Shown here: one piece after another, positions 30,459 through 40,895 of the stretch
How positions within the stretch are numbered: the first letter of the stretch is position 1
Layout: each line of letters starts with the position of its first letter
Notes under the pieces: generated by a model
The model's input: the letters and a program-made list of their open reading frames with translations, nothing else
Told to the model about the DNA's origin: nothing
The model's database searches: none
From: Candidatus Poribacteria bacterium
Lineage (GTDB): Bacteria > Poribacteria > WGA-4E > WGA-3G
Assembly: GCA_965214095.1 (NCBI GenBank)
Contig: OZ243938.1
Location: 4,928,001 to 4,992,000, forward strand
Direction: 5' to 3'
Length of the DNA: 64,000 bases
Translations under genes and position numbers: made by a program

Positions 30459-31508
30459 ATGATTATCCGCAAATATATAGCAATCTCTTTATTCACAGTA
30501 CTAATACTGGGTGTTTTTGTTTTACTTGGAAATTTCCTCCAAGCGGATGAACATCCACAAGTAAAAGAGGAAACCTTATCACCTATCTGGGCACTTGAAT
30601 TTACCCCAGATGGTAAATCTATTGCGGTTGGCAAATATCAGTGGGTGGAACTCTGGGATTTAGAGACACAGAAAATGACCCACGCCTATGAACCGCATGC
30701 CGGCAGAGTCAGATGTATACAGTTTTCTACAGATGGTAAAGTATTGTACGCAAGTGGTGGTCAACCCGCACAAAACGGAGAAATCCGTATGTGGGATGTT
30801 GCCACAGAAGAACTCATCAACACGTTTGAAATTCACGCTGATACCATTGAATCAATAGCCATTAGTCCAAATAATGGGAAATTACTCACCGCAAGTATGG
30901 ATGAATACAGTGCAGTGATTGATATTGACAATCTTGATGATGACATTCCCTTAGACGACCAAGCAAAATGGCTAACACAGCACGTCGGTAGAGTGCTATC
31001 TACCCTCTATCATCCAAACGGAAACTATTTCGTCACTGGAAGCGAGGACAAAACCCTAAAAGTATGGGATCCTGAAACCTATACGGTGCTTGTCAGTTTT
31101 GATGGAAATGATGATGCAGTTTATTCACTTGCTTATGGAACGCGCACAGAACAAATTGTTTCGGGTTCTGCTGATAACACAGTCCGTGCCTGGCGTGTAA
31201 CGCAAGACAACAACGGTAATACACGAGGTGCAGCTGTTCGGACATTCAATGGACATCAAGGTGCTGTTTATAGTGTAGATAGCGGTGTATGGAACAACCA
31301 AGAAGTTATAGCATCCGGCAGTGCAGATTCAACCGTAATTATCTGGGATATTCTTTCTGGAAACCGTAGAAGGACCTTCAATGAACCTACAGATGCTGTT
31401 TATGCTGTCCAGATGAGTCCTGACGGCACACATGTTGCTGCTGGAAGCCGAGATGGTAAAGTAAGAATCTGGAATATCCAAGATAATGAATTAACCCACG
31501 AATTTTAA
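30459..31508 (+). CDS. Exported WD40 repeat protein
   Basis: N-terminal hydrophobic segment; about 7 WD repeats. Confidence 0.88.
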   Translation: MIIRKYIAISLFTVLILGVFVLLGNFLQADEHPQVKEETLSPIWALEFTPDGKSIAVGKYQWVELWDLETQKMTHAYEPHAGRVRCIQFSTDGKVLYASGGQPAQNGEIRMWDVATEELINTFEIHADTIESIAISPNNGKLLTASMDEYSAVIDIDNLDDDIPLDDQAKWLTQHVGRVLSTLYHPNGNYFVTGSEDKTLKVWDPETYTVLVSFDGNDDAVYSLAYGTRTEQIVSGSADNTVRAWRVTQDNNGNTRGAAVRTFNGHQGAVYSVDSGVWNNQEVIASGSADSTVIIWDILSGNRRRTFNEPTDAVYAVQMSPDGTHVAAGSRDGKVRIWNIQDNELTHEF

Positions 31509-31566
31509 TGTCATAATTGTGGGAGGAATTGTAAATGAATTCCACCCCTTTTGGAGGTACTATTCG

Positions 31567-34560
31567 ATGCGTGCCAATAATAAAAGTAAATACTCATATT
31601 CAAATCAACGTCTCGATTTACTATCAAGGTGGGGTTTAAAATATATACCGCTTGTGTGTATTCTTTTTTTGATGTATACACCAATTTCACTCTTTGCACA
31701 AGCCACACCACGTCTCAATTCTCTCTTTCCCGCAGGAGCACAAGTTGGAAAAAAGGTTGAAGTCAAAATACAAGGTTCCGATCTTGACGGTGCACATACT
31801 CTTATCGTTGAAGGTGATCCTGGCATTAAAGGTATACTCAACGTCGGTGGTGGTGAAGTTGATGAAACACATAAACCCGTTTTTGAATCGAATTGTGGAC
31901 AGTGTCATGAATTGCGTTCTCCAAGTAACCGTTCCATGACAGGAACACAGTGGGAAGCTGTTGTCAAACGCATGGTTCGGGATAAGGGAGCAGAAATCGG
32001 TGAAGACGACCAGACGAAAATTGCACACTACCTAAAGTCAGCTGCAAAGGCTACTGGTGGTATGACTGCTGAATTAGAAATTGCCGCAGATGCCCAAATC
32101 GGTGTACGCGAAATACGTATTGTAGGTAAAAATGGTGCTTCCACTGCCTGGCCATTTGAAATCACTGATGTAGAAGACACAGTTGAAACAGAATCCAATA
32201 ACCAGATGGAGGCCGCAACTTTCATAGAACTGCCTATCATCGTCAACGGTGTTATTAGTTCAGGAGGAGACGAAGATTATTTCAGTTTTGAAGGATTAAA
32301 GGGTGAACGTTGTGTCTTCAATGTGAAAGCCTATAGATATAATAACATTAGCCAGCAATTTTTCAATCCCACGATCACCCTCTTTGATGCACAAGGAACA
32401 GAACTTATACGGAGTAACGGATTTTATAGTCTTGATCCGCTTATTGACTATGCATTACCAGATGATGGTACTTATTATCTCCGTATCCGAGACCTGCTTT
32501 ATCGTGGTAATCCAGATTCTGTCTACAGAATAACAATGGGTGTTGTCCCTTACAACACATATATTTACCCGACAGGTGGCAAAATCGGAAGTGTAATTAA
32601 AACCACTATTGGTGGTGAAAATCTACCTGAAACTGAATTGGAAGTAAAACTCCCAAATAATCAACAACCAGGTGTCACGTTGATACGCACCCCTTATGGA
32701 ATCTTCCCGTTTATTGCAAACGAATTCTCTGAAGATATTGAACGTTCTATAGAAGTCGCTACAAACAACACAGCATCTGCTGAAGAAAACGATACACAAG
32801 CCAAGAATGCTGAGTCTGCTATACTGTTCCAAGCTAAATGCACAGCATGCCATGAACTTCGTTCACCTGAAAACCGCGCGCTTACTTCTGAACAGTGGGA
32901 ATCTACCATTACCCGTATGGCAGCGAAAGAAAACGCTGATATGACAGACACGGATCGTGATCGGATTATCGCATTTATTGCTGAAGAAGTCGTCCGCATG
33001 GGACAGCTAATCGCAAAACGGATTGAGAGTGCACAACCCCTCTCAACACCTGGGGCAATAAGTGGTCGTATCTCACAACCGGGAGAGGTGGACTATTACC
33101 GCTTTACCATTTTAGAAGGATCACGTCTCGGTCCTTGGTGGGTTATCCATCCTTTTGACAACACAGACGAAAAAGGATATGAGACCGTCTATCCTCCTGA
33201 GGTCGAAATAGATCTGAAAAAAGAATATATTGGGAAAGAGGGACGTAGGATAAAATGGTATAGAACCAATAGCAGAGGCGAAAATGTCTTCTCAAGTGTC
33301 CCTGAAGATGATGTTACAGGCTATGCTTTGACCTACTTCCAGTCTGAACGTGACCAAAAATACCTGCTCTCTCTCGGATCAGACGATACAATTAAAATAT
33401 GGGTAAACGACAAACTCATCTTTAGCAAATATGTGCATCGACCACTGAACCGAGGCGACGATGTCATTGAACTGCCAGTGAAAAAAGGCAGAAACAAAAT
33501 CCTCGTTAAGGTAACAAACGGCTATGGTCCGTGGGGATTTTTCGCTGATATCGGTGGGTATTCTATTGGTTTATCTGCAGAGAAACTGAATTCACCCCTA
33601 AGTCCTTCTCTGACCTTGTTGAATGAGGAAGGTCGTGTGCTGAGAAATAATGCTGGCAGACGTGGAAGACGGAACGCAATTATTGATTTCAGTTTTGCAC
33701 GTCCTGGTGAATATGCCCTCCGGGTTGAAGACATCGCCGGTAAAGGTGGAGACGGTTATGTTTACCATTTAGACATCCGTCCAACAGTGCCAGACTTTGC
33801 TTTATCTGTTACACCGGACAACCCCAACATCGGTCGAGGTGGGACAGTTTTGATGGAAGTCACACTGCTTCGTCGTGTCGGATTTACCGAACCGATATTA
33901 CTCTCTGTTGAGAACCTACCACCGGGTATCACTGCAAGCAAAAGTTCTATTCTCTCAGAAGGTGGAAATAACGAAGGTTTTCTCACGCTTACTGCTGCAC
34001 CTGACGCTGAATTAGCACATAGCGTTGTTCAGGTTATCGGCACTGTCACAACTGGTTCTGGTCATCAGATACGACGTGCAGCTTCACCGATTGAGGTGTA
34101 TCGGATACGGAATAATGACCAGACTGTACAACGCCAGAGTATTGTCGTCAGTGTAACGGAGTCCTCCCCCATCATCGTTTCGGCTACACCCAGTGAGGTT
34201 GTGGTAACACCAGATGGTCCCGTTGATATTACCGTAAAGGTTGATCGACGCAGAGGTAACCGACAAAACATGAACTTGACAGTGGCGGGTTTACCGTTTG
34301 GCGTGACACTCCAACGAGAAACAACTGTTCTCCGTAGAGGCACATCCGAAGCAACAATAACACTTGTTCCCAACATTGTTACCAGTGGAAATAATGAATT
34401 AAGACGTAACCCATTCATCGGAAATAAACAGGAAAGACCTTACACCTTTGTTATTAATGCTTCTGTAGGAAACCGTCGCATCGCAAGCAGTCCTGCTGTT
34501 GAACTCTGGCTCGGAGACCCACCAGATTCTGATGAACAGGCAAAATTAGACGATAATTAA
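31567..34560 (+). CDS. Secreted multidomain protein: PPC-like repeats, two c-type cytochrome domains and a PA14-like module
   Basis: LFPAGAQVG, ESNN...P...NGVI...DEDYF, CGQCH and CTACH, GSDD.IKIWVN, PDFAL. Confidence 0.75.
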   Translation: MRANNKSKYSYSNQRLDLLSRWGLKYIPLVCILFLMYTPISLFAQATPRLNSLFPAGAQVGKKVEVKIQGSDLDGAHTLIVEGDPGIKGILNVGGGEVDETHKPVFESNCGQCHELRSPSNRSMTGTQWEAVVKRMVRDKGAEIGEDDQTKIAHYLKSAAKATGGMTAELEIAADAQIGVREIRIVGKNGASTAWPFEITDVEDTVETESNNQMEAATFIELPIIVNGVISSGGDEDYFSFEGLKGERCVFNVKAYRYNNISQQFFNPTITLFDAQGTELIRSNGFYSLDPLIDYALPDDGTYYLRIRDLLYRGNPDSVYRITMGVVPYNTYIYPTGGKIGSVIKTTIGGENLPETELEVKLPNNQQPGVTLIRTPYGIFPFIANEFSEDIERSIEVATNNTASAEENDTQAKNAESAILFQAKCTACHELRSPENRALTSEQWESTITRMAAKENADMTDTDRDRIIAFIAEEVVRMGQLIAKRIESAQPLSTPGAISGRISQPGEVDYYRFTILEGSRLGPWWVIHPFDNTDEKGYETVYPPEVEIDLKKEYIGKEGRRIKWYRTNSRGENVFSSVPEDDVTGYALTYFQSERDQKYLLSLGSDDTIKIWVNDKLIFSKYVHRPLNRGDDVIELPVKKGRNKILVKVTNGYGPWGFFADIGGYSIGLSAEKLNSPLSPSLTLLNEEGRVLRNNAGRRGRRNAIIDFSFARPGEYALRVEDIAGKGGDGYVYHLDIRPTVPDFALSVTPDNPNIGRGGTVLMEVTLLRRVGFTEPILLSVENLPPGITASKSSILSEGGNNEGFLTLTAAPDAELAHSVVQVIGTVTTGSGHQIRRAASPIEVYRIRNNDQTVQRQSIVVSVTESSPIIVSATPSEVVVTPDGPVDITVKVDRRRGNRQNMNLTVAGLPFGVTLQRETTVLRRGTSEATITLVPNIVTSGNNELRRNPFIGNKQERPYTFVINASVGNRRIASSPAVELWLGDPPDSDEQAKLDDN

Positions 34561-34569
34561 ACTAATGCT

Positions 34570-34840
34570 GTGTCCATTCGGACATTGTAGGTCGGGTAGA
34601 GGCACCAAACCCGACTTTTATTGATGACTAAGTTGAATAGTGAAGTGTCCATTTGGACATTGTAGGTCGGGTAGAGGCACGAAACCCGACTTTTATTGAT
34701 GACTAAGTTGAATAGTGAAGTGTCCCTTCGGACATTGTAGGTCGGGTAGAGGCACCAAACCCGACTTTTATTGATGATAAATGGATGCATGTCGGGTGTC
34801 GTGCCTCTACCCGACCTACAAGATTAGTGTAGACAGAACA
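34570..34840. repeat. REP-doublet element with its left arm amplified to three 75-bp tandem copies
   Basis: Units start at 34570, 34645 and 34720; inverted REP at about 34790-34821; single-arm copy in the opposite orientation at 45279-45403. Confidence 0.85.
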
Positions 34841-34940
34841 CTACCTTGCTATTTTGCATATACTATAAATGGTTATGATTTAAGCCTCGCCTATCAAATA
34901 TTACACTTTATCTATTTTAATTCCACATCTGGAGGTGTGA

Positions 34941-37900
34941 ATGTCAGGATACTATCGATTCCCAACTATTTCTAATGAAACAATTGTTTTTGTTTGTGAA
35001 GATGATTTATGGACAGTCCCAATCAACGGCGGTGTTGCCCGAAGGTTAACATCAAATCTCGGTGCCACAGGTTCACCTCAATTATCACCGAACGGTGAAC
35101 ATCTCGCTTTTGCAGGTCGTGAGGAGGGTCCAACAGAAGTATATATCATGCCATCTCTCGGCGGTGAAGCAAAAAGACTCACTTATCAAGGTAGTAACGT
35201 CAGTATAGTCGGATGGGATGCGGACGGAGAAAATATCCTATATTCCAGCGGTGCAAGTTCAGCATTTGGCGCATGGATATGGAGCATTTCTCCTGAAGGT
35301 GGTGAACCGCAACGTCTTCCTTACGGTCCCGCTAACCACATTGCATTCGGTAAAGATGGCGGTGTTATACTCGGTAGACTGACACGAGAACCCGCACGAT
35401 GGAAACGATATCGCGGTGGCACAGCTGGACAACTCTGGATTGACGAAAACGGTGACGGACAATTTGAACCTTTCACACCAGTGGAAAGCAATTTTACCAC
35501 CCCAATGTGGATTGGAGACCGCATCTATTTTATCTCGGACCACGAAGGCGTTGGAAACATATATTCCTGTCAAACTAATGGCGAAGATATTCAACGTCAC
35601 ACCCATCAGGAAACCTACTACTGCCGATCCGCGCAAACAGATGGCACGCGTATTGTCTATCATGCTGGTGCCGATTTATGGGTCTACGATATAGATACCG
35701 ATACAAATAATCAAGTTGATGTAGAGTTTAGAAGTCCACGTATCCAACGTCAACGCAAATTTGTTAGTGCATCCCAATACCTTCAAGATTCTATGCCATC
35801 TGCCGACGGTAGATCTGTTGCACTGACTTCCCGTGGCAAACTTTTTACGATGGCAAATTGGGATGGTGCTGTTCTCCAACACGGAAACCGCAACGGAACA
35901 CGATACAGAACACCACGATGGCTGAACGATGGAAAACGCATCATTACTCTTTCCGATGCAGGTGGTGAAGAAGCCTTAGAAATCCACACATGCGATGGCA
36001 GTGCTGAAGTCCGTAGACTTGACGAACTTGATATAGGACATGTCAGACAATTCACCGTATGTCCTAAAGGTGATGACTTAAAAGACCAACTCCTCATCGT
36101 AAACCAACGTTTTGAACTCCTGCATATTGAACTTGAAACACCAGAAATGCGAGTGCTTGATAAGAGCGAATACGGCCGAATAGGAGGCGCAACTTGGTCA
36201 CCTGATGGAAAGTGGATCGCCTATAGTTACCCTGTGACAGAAACAACATCATCAATAAAACTCTGTAATGTAGAAACGGGAGAAACAGTTTATATAACTA
36301 AACCAGAATTCAGAGATTTTGCGCCAGCGTGGGATCCTGATGGAAAATACCTCTACTTCTTATCTCATCGCGAATTTGATCCGGTTGGAGATGCATTACA
36401 ATTTGAACTTAGTTTTCCTATCGCCACACGTCCACTCTTGGTTACATTGCAAAAGGAATTACCAAACCCATTTATTCCAGCAACACCAGCACCTGAAGAG
36501 GATAAAGATAAAGAAAAGAAGGAAAATGGTGACGAGGATACAGAAGAAAAAACTGATGAAAAAGATGATGAATCTAAAGAGAAAGAGGACGAGAATAAGC
36601 AAAAACCCATCAATATTGAGTTAGATGGTATTGAGGAACGCGTTGTCGCATTCCCGTATTCACACGGACGTTACGGACAGATTGCCGGTGTTGAGGGGAA
36701 AGCAATCTTCACCACCTGGCCTTTACACCATGCGACTAATGTTCCTGGAGAAGATGAACAACGTGATAAAGGAAAACTCCACGCCTATGATTTCAAAGAA
36801 CAGAAAAAAGAGGTCCTCGTTTCAGATATTGCTTCTTTCACACTTTCGGGAGATAACAAATCCCTTCTATACCGTACAGGAAACAAGGTGCGTGTGGTGA
36901 AGACTGGCAAAAAAGTTGATGGTCAAAAGGGTAGCAAAGGTGGTTCTAATCGACACACAGGTTGGATAGACATAAACCGCATCCGACCATCTGTTATTCC
37001 CACTGCCGAATGGAAGCAAATGTATCGGGAAGCGTGGCGACTTCAACGCGATTATTTCTGGACTGAGGATATGTCCGACGTTGATTGGGAAAATGTGTAT
37101 CAACGTTATCTACCACTACTTGATAGGATTGCAACACGTGGTGAATTTTCTGACCTTATGTGGGAAATGCAAGGAGAACTCGGAACATCGCACGCGTATG
37201 AATCTGGCGGGGATTACCGCAGTTCACCAAACTACGGACAAGGCTTCCTCGGTGCTGATTTTGTCTACGACGCGGAAAATAACGGATACCGTATTACACA
37301 CATTGTTCGGGGTGATACTTGGAATGAGCGCAGAGATTCACCGCTCAATGCCCCCGGTATCAACGTCCAAGAGGGTGATATCCTGCTATCTATAGGTGGA
37401 CAGCAACTCAGTCAGAATGTGTCTCCTGGCGAATTGTTAGTCAACCTTGGTGGACAAGAAGTGCAAACCACATTCAAAAATGCCAGTGATGGTGCAAACC
37501 GCGTTGTCACCATCAAAACGCTTGGTGGTGAAGGCGATCTACGGTACCGTGAATGGGTAGCACAAAATCGGAAATATGTTCACGAGAAAACGGATGGAAA
37601 AGTGGGGTACGTTCATATTCCCGATATGGGAAGCCGTGGCTATGCTGAGTTCCATCGTGGTTATCTTGCTGAAGTGAGTTATCCTGCCCTCCTGATTGAT
37701 GTTCGCTACAACGGGGGTGGAAATGTATCGCAGCTAATATTAGAAAAGTTGTCTCGCCATCGTATTGGATATGCTATTCCACGATGGGGTACACCTAATC
37801 CATATCCTACTGCTTCAGTATTAGGTCCGATGATTACAGTTACCAATGAAAATGCGGGTTCTGATGGGGACATTTTCTCCCACTGCTTCAAATTGATGAA

Positions 37901-38222
37901 GTTAGGCAAATTAATCGGAAAACGTACGTGGGGTGGTGTCATCGGTATTTCAACCCATCAAGGTTTTGTAGATGGCGGTAGAACAACACAACCGGAGTAC
38001 TCTTTCTGGTTTGTTGATGTGGGTTGGAGTGTAGAAAACTACGGCACTGACCCGGACATTGAAGTGGATTATAGACCACAGGATTATATGACAGATGATG
38101 ATCCACAACTTGACAAAGCGATTGAAATTCTCCTCCAAGAGATGGAAGAAAACCCACCCGAACTCCCCGATTTCGGTGACCGTCCTCGCTTAACGCTACC
38201 CACCTTGCCAAAGGTTGAATAG
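34941..38222 (+). CDS. Tricorn protease homolog (S41 peptidase)
   Basis: Beta-propellers, WKRYRGG, ELGTSHAY, PDZ, YVHIPDM, NGGG, AGSDGD, RTWGG. Confidence 0.94.
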   Translation: MSGYYRFPTISNETIVFVCEDDLWTVPINGGVARRLTSNLGATGSPQLSPNGEHLAFAGREEGPTEVYIMPSLGGEAKRLTYQGSNVSIVGWDADGENILYSSGASSAFGAWIWSISPEGGEPQRLPYGPANHIAFGKDGGVILGRLTREPARWKRYRGGTAGQLWIDENGDGQFEPFTPVESNFTTPMWIGDRIYFISDHEGVGNIYSCQTNGEDIQRHTHQETYYCRSAQTDGTRIVYHAGADLWVYDIDTDTNNQVDVEFRSPRIQRQRKFVSASQYLQDSMPSADGRSVALTSRGKLFTMANWDGAVLQHGNRNGTRYRTPRWLNDGKRIITLSDAGGEEALEIHTCDGSAEVRRLDELDIGHVRQFTVCPKGDDLKDQLLIVNQRFELLHIELETPEMRVLDKSEYGRIGGATWSPDGKWIAYSYPVTETTSSIKLCNVETGETVYITKPEFRDFAPAWDPDGKYLYFLSHREFDPVGDALQFELSFPIATRPLLVTLQKELPNPFIPATPAPEEDKDKEKKENGDEDTEEKTDEKDDESKEKEDENKQKPINIELDGIEERVVAFPYSHGRYGQIAGVEGKAIFTTWPLHHATNVPGEDEQRDKGKLHAYDFKEQKKEVLVSDIASFTLSGDNKSLLYRTGNKVRVVKTGKKVDGQKGSKGGSNRHTGWIDINRIRPSVIPTAEWKQMYREAWRLQRDYFWTEDMSDVDWENVYQRYLPLLDRIATRGEFSDLMWEMQGELGTSHAYESGGDYRSSPNYGQGFLGADFVYDAENNGYRITHIVRGDTWNERRDSPLNAPGINVQEGDILLSIGGQQLSQNVSPGELLVNLGGQEVQTTFKNASDGANRVVTIKTLGGEGDLRYREWVAQNRKYVHEKTDGKVGYVHIPDMGSRGYAEFHRGYLAEVSYPALLIDVRYNGGGNVSQLILEKLSRHRIGYAIPRWGTPNPYPTASVLGPMITVTNENAGSDGDIFSHCFKLMKLGKLIGKRTWGGVIGISTHQGFVDGGRTTQPEYSFWFVDVGWSVENYGTDPDIEVDYRPQDYMTDDDPQLDKAIEILLQEMEENPPELPDFGDRPRLTLPTLPKVE

Positions 38223-38235
38223 GTATCAATAATAG

Positions 38236-38274
38236 AATTGATAAGTGCGTTATGCAAACGCGCTTATCAATTTT
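38236..38274. terminator. Stem-loop terminator between convergent genes
   Basis: AATTGATAAGTGCGTT/AACGCGCTTATCAATT followed by Ts. Confidence 0.6.
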
Positions 38275-38278
38275 ATAG

Positions 38279-38415
38279 TAATACCATTCTGAATAAGAAC
38301 ATACCATTAAAGAAATAGATGGTTCGTAGTCGCGCAATTCATTGCGCCTCTTACATCCTATAACAGTTTGAAATTAAAATTTCATCTTGAGAACTTCTTT
38401 ATTAGAATTGGTATA
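38279..38415. mobile_element. MITE-like element (TACCATTCT...AGAATTGGTATA) carrying a GTAG-REP
   Basis: Homologous to 44622-45197 (inverted, interrupted) and to 61614-61830. Confidence 0.6.
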
Positions 38416-38422
38416 AAATCCT

Positions 38423-39439
38423 CTATTCGGAGATGGATACTTTCTCACCAGTCTCTACACTTTGACTTATCGCTTCCAAAACACGCATGTTCTGATATGC
38501 ATCCTCAAGGCTTGAGTGTGGTTGCGTGCCTGCTTTTAAGGACTGTGCCCAATGTTGCAGCTCCTCAAGGTACCCGGGTCTATTGATGCCGTGATATGCA
38601 GAATTTATACTCCATTCTTCCGTTGGTGTATCAATATAACCACCACCTGTTCCGAGCCAAGTCGGGACACGATAACGTTTTAACTTCATTGTTTCAAACA
38701 CCTGAATTGCCTGATTATTCGTGCCTTTGATAAAAACCATAGATTCTAAGACGGGTCCTGTGCCGAGTGTCATTGTACCAACACCGCCATTTTTATATTT
38801 TAGGTTAACAGATATTGACACATTACTGGATGGGGCATCAATTGCACCAATCGCGTATACTTCGCTGACCTGTCCCATAAAGAATCGCATGCCATCGGTT
38901 GGATGTATAACTTGATCCAACATGAAGTGCCATGCGAAAGGAGAACCTGCTTCACGAACTCGTGGTCCCGGTGCGAGATAGCGGGTATGATATTGACAGG
39001 CAGAACCGAAATCGTCCTCGTCAATTAGGCGTTTTGCGATTTGATGTGCAGGTGCATGCCGCCACATTGTGCCGACCATACCAGTTTTGCCAGTTTCCAC
39101 TGAGGCATCAAGCAACTTTTTTGCACCCGCAACGGTTGATGCAGGAGGCTTTTCTGTATAAATGTGATATCCATTTTGCATGCATATTATACCGATGTCA
39201 CGATGCATGTTATCTGGTCTACCGACAACTGCAACGGCATATAGATCTTCATTCTTGAACATCTCATTGTAATCAGTGTAGTGACGTAATGCCCCAAACT
39301 TTCGTGCGTTTGATTTCGCCTTATCTTCTACAAGATCACACGTGGCAACGAATTCAAACTCAGGTATCATTGGAATGCACTGCTGTAAGCGAGATGACAT
39401 TCTACCACAACCAATAAAGGCTATTCTTATTTTGTCCAT
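38423..39439 (-). CDS. Gfo/Idh/MocA oxidoreductase (tandem paralog 2)
   Basis: FIGCG, EKPP, DQVIH; near-identical to the neighbouring gene. Confidence 0.9.
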   Translation of the reverse strand: MDKIRIAFIGCGRMSSRLQQCIPMIPEFEFVATCDLVEDKAKSNARKFGALRHYTDYNEMFKNEDLYAVAVVGRPDNMHRDIGIICMQNGYHIYTEKPPASTVAGAKKLLDASVETGKTGMVGTMWRHAPAHQIAKRLIDEDDFGSACQYHTRYLAPGPRVREAGSPFAWHFMLDQVIHPTDGMRFFMGQVSEVYAIGAIDAPSSNVSISVNLKYKNGGVGTMTLGTGPVLESMVFIKGTNNQAIQVFETMKLKRYRVPTWLGTGGGYIDTPTEEWSINSAYHGINRPGYLEELQHWAQSLKAGTQPHSSLEDAYQNMRVLEAISQSVETGEKVSISE

Positions 39440-39547
39440 GCAATATTCTCCAATTATATATAGTTGATATTTCTCAAAAGTTAAAGATCAATCCAAAAAC
39501 CATCTTTATCTGGACAAATGATTACTTATCTCATTGTATTACCTTCA

Positions 39548-40567
39548 TCAGTTTGTGATGTGCACTTTCTCACCAGTTTCTATGCTTTGACTTATGGCTT
39601 CCAAAACACGCATGTTCTGATATGCATCCTCAAGGCTTGAGTGTGGTTGTGTCCCTGCTTTTAAGGATTGTGCCCAATGTCGCATCTCCTCAAGGTACCC
39701 GGGTCTACTGATACCGTGAAAAGCAGTGTTTATATTCCACTCTTCTGTCGGTGTATCAATATAACCACCACCTGTTCCGAGCCAAGTCGGGACACGATAA
39801 CGTTTTAACTTCATTGTTTCAAACACCTGAATTGCCTGATTGTTAGTGCCTTTGATAAAAACCATAGCTTCCAAGACGGGGCCAGTGCCAAGTGTCATTG
39901 TGCCGACACCTCCATCTTCATATTTTAAGTTAACAGACATTGACACATTACTGGATGGTGCATCAATCGCGCCAATGGCGTATACTTCGCTGACTTGTCC
40001 CATAAAGAATCGCATACAATCGGTTGGATGTATGACTTGATCCAACATGAAGTGCCATGCAAAAGGTGAACCTGCTTCACTCACTCGTGGACCTGGTGCA
40101 AGATAACGTGTATGATATTGACAGGCAGAACCGAAATCGTACTCGTCAATCAAACGTTTTGCGATTTGATGTGCGGGTGCATGCCGCCACATTGTGCCTA
40201 CCATACCAGTTTTGCCAGTCTCTTTGGACACATCAACTAACATCTTTGCTCCAGCAGCGGTCGTTGCCGGAGGTTTCTCGGTATAGATATGGTATCCGTT
40301 TTTCATACACTCGATGCCGATGTCCCGATGAAGTTTGTCCTCCGGTCTACCTACCACTGCAACAGCATATAAGTCTTCATTCTTGAACATCTCATTGTAG
40401 TCAGTATAGTGACGTAATGCCCCAAATCTTCGTGCATTTGATTTTGCTTTGTCTTCAACAAGATCGCATGTAGCAACAAATTCAAAATCGGGTATCATTG
40501 GAATGCACTGTTGTAGGATAGATGACATTCCACCACAACCGATAAAAGCTATTCTTATTTTTTCCAT
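39548..40567 (-). CDS. Gfo/Idh/MocA oxidoreductase (tandem paralog 1)
   Basis: FIGCGGM, EKPP, DQVIH. Confidence 0.9.
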   Translation of the reverse strand: MEKIRIAFIGCGGMSSILQQCIPMIPDFEFVATCDLVEDKAKSNARRFGALRHYTDYNEMFKNEDLYAVAVVGRPEDKLHRDIGIECMKNGYHIYTEKPPATTAAGAKMLVDVSKETGKTGMVGTMWRHAPAHQIAKRLIDEYDFGSACQYHTRYLAPGPRVSEAGSPFAWHFMLDQVIHPTDCMRFFMGQVSEVYAIGAIDAPSSNVSMSVNLKYEDGGVGTMTLGTGPVLEAMVFIKGTNNQAIQVFETMKLKRYRVPTWLGTGGGYIDTPTEEWNINTAFHGISRPGYLEEMRHWAQSLKAGTQPHSSLEDAYQNMRVLEAISQSIETGEKVHITN

Positions 40568-40596
40568 ATTCTATTCTCCAATTGATTTGATTCGTT

Positions 40597-40696
40597 TATT
40601 GTGAATTCTAAAATTATTTGGATATTCTGCATCGGCGAGGTTGGGAAACCTCGCCTACCGTAGAAAGAAATACATTTCAATTTAGGTTTCACCATA
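40597..40696 (-). mobile_element. Degenerate inverted copy of the TATAGT-ended REP-carrying MITE
   Basis: CTGCATCGGCGAGGTTGGGAAACCTCGCCTACCGT is a near-perfect reverse complement of the core in 47192 and 61356. Confidence 0.6.
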
Positions 40697-40895
40697 GTTA
40701 CATGAGAAGTGTGCATAAAGAAAAGCAATCTCAAATATAGTCTTAAAAGTAGTAGGCACGCTCCGCGTGCCGTCCACAAAATCAAAGCATCTCTATAGAT
40801 TATACTGCCACAAAGGAGAAATTTACATATAAAGAAATACTTGATGAGAGACGCAGCCAATGTTGGCACATAATATATTTATGCACACCCCTCAG

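Noticed and set aside
34570-34790. Possible CRISPR array
   Set aside because: The intervening sequences are near-identical rather than unique spacers, there are no cas genes, and an inverted copy closes the element.
34557-34790. 77-aa repeat peptide ORF (also 62834-63052)
   Set aside because: Translation of non-coding REP arrays.
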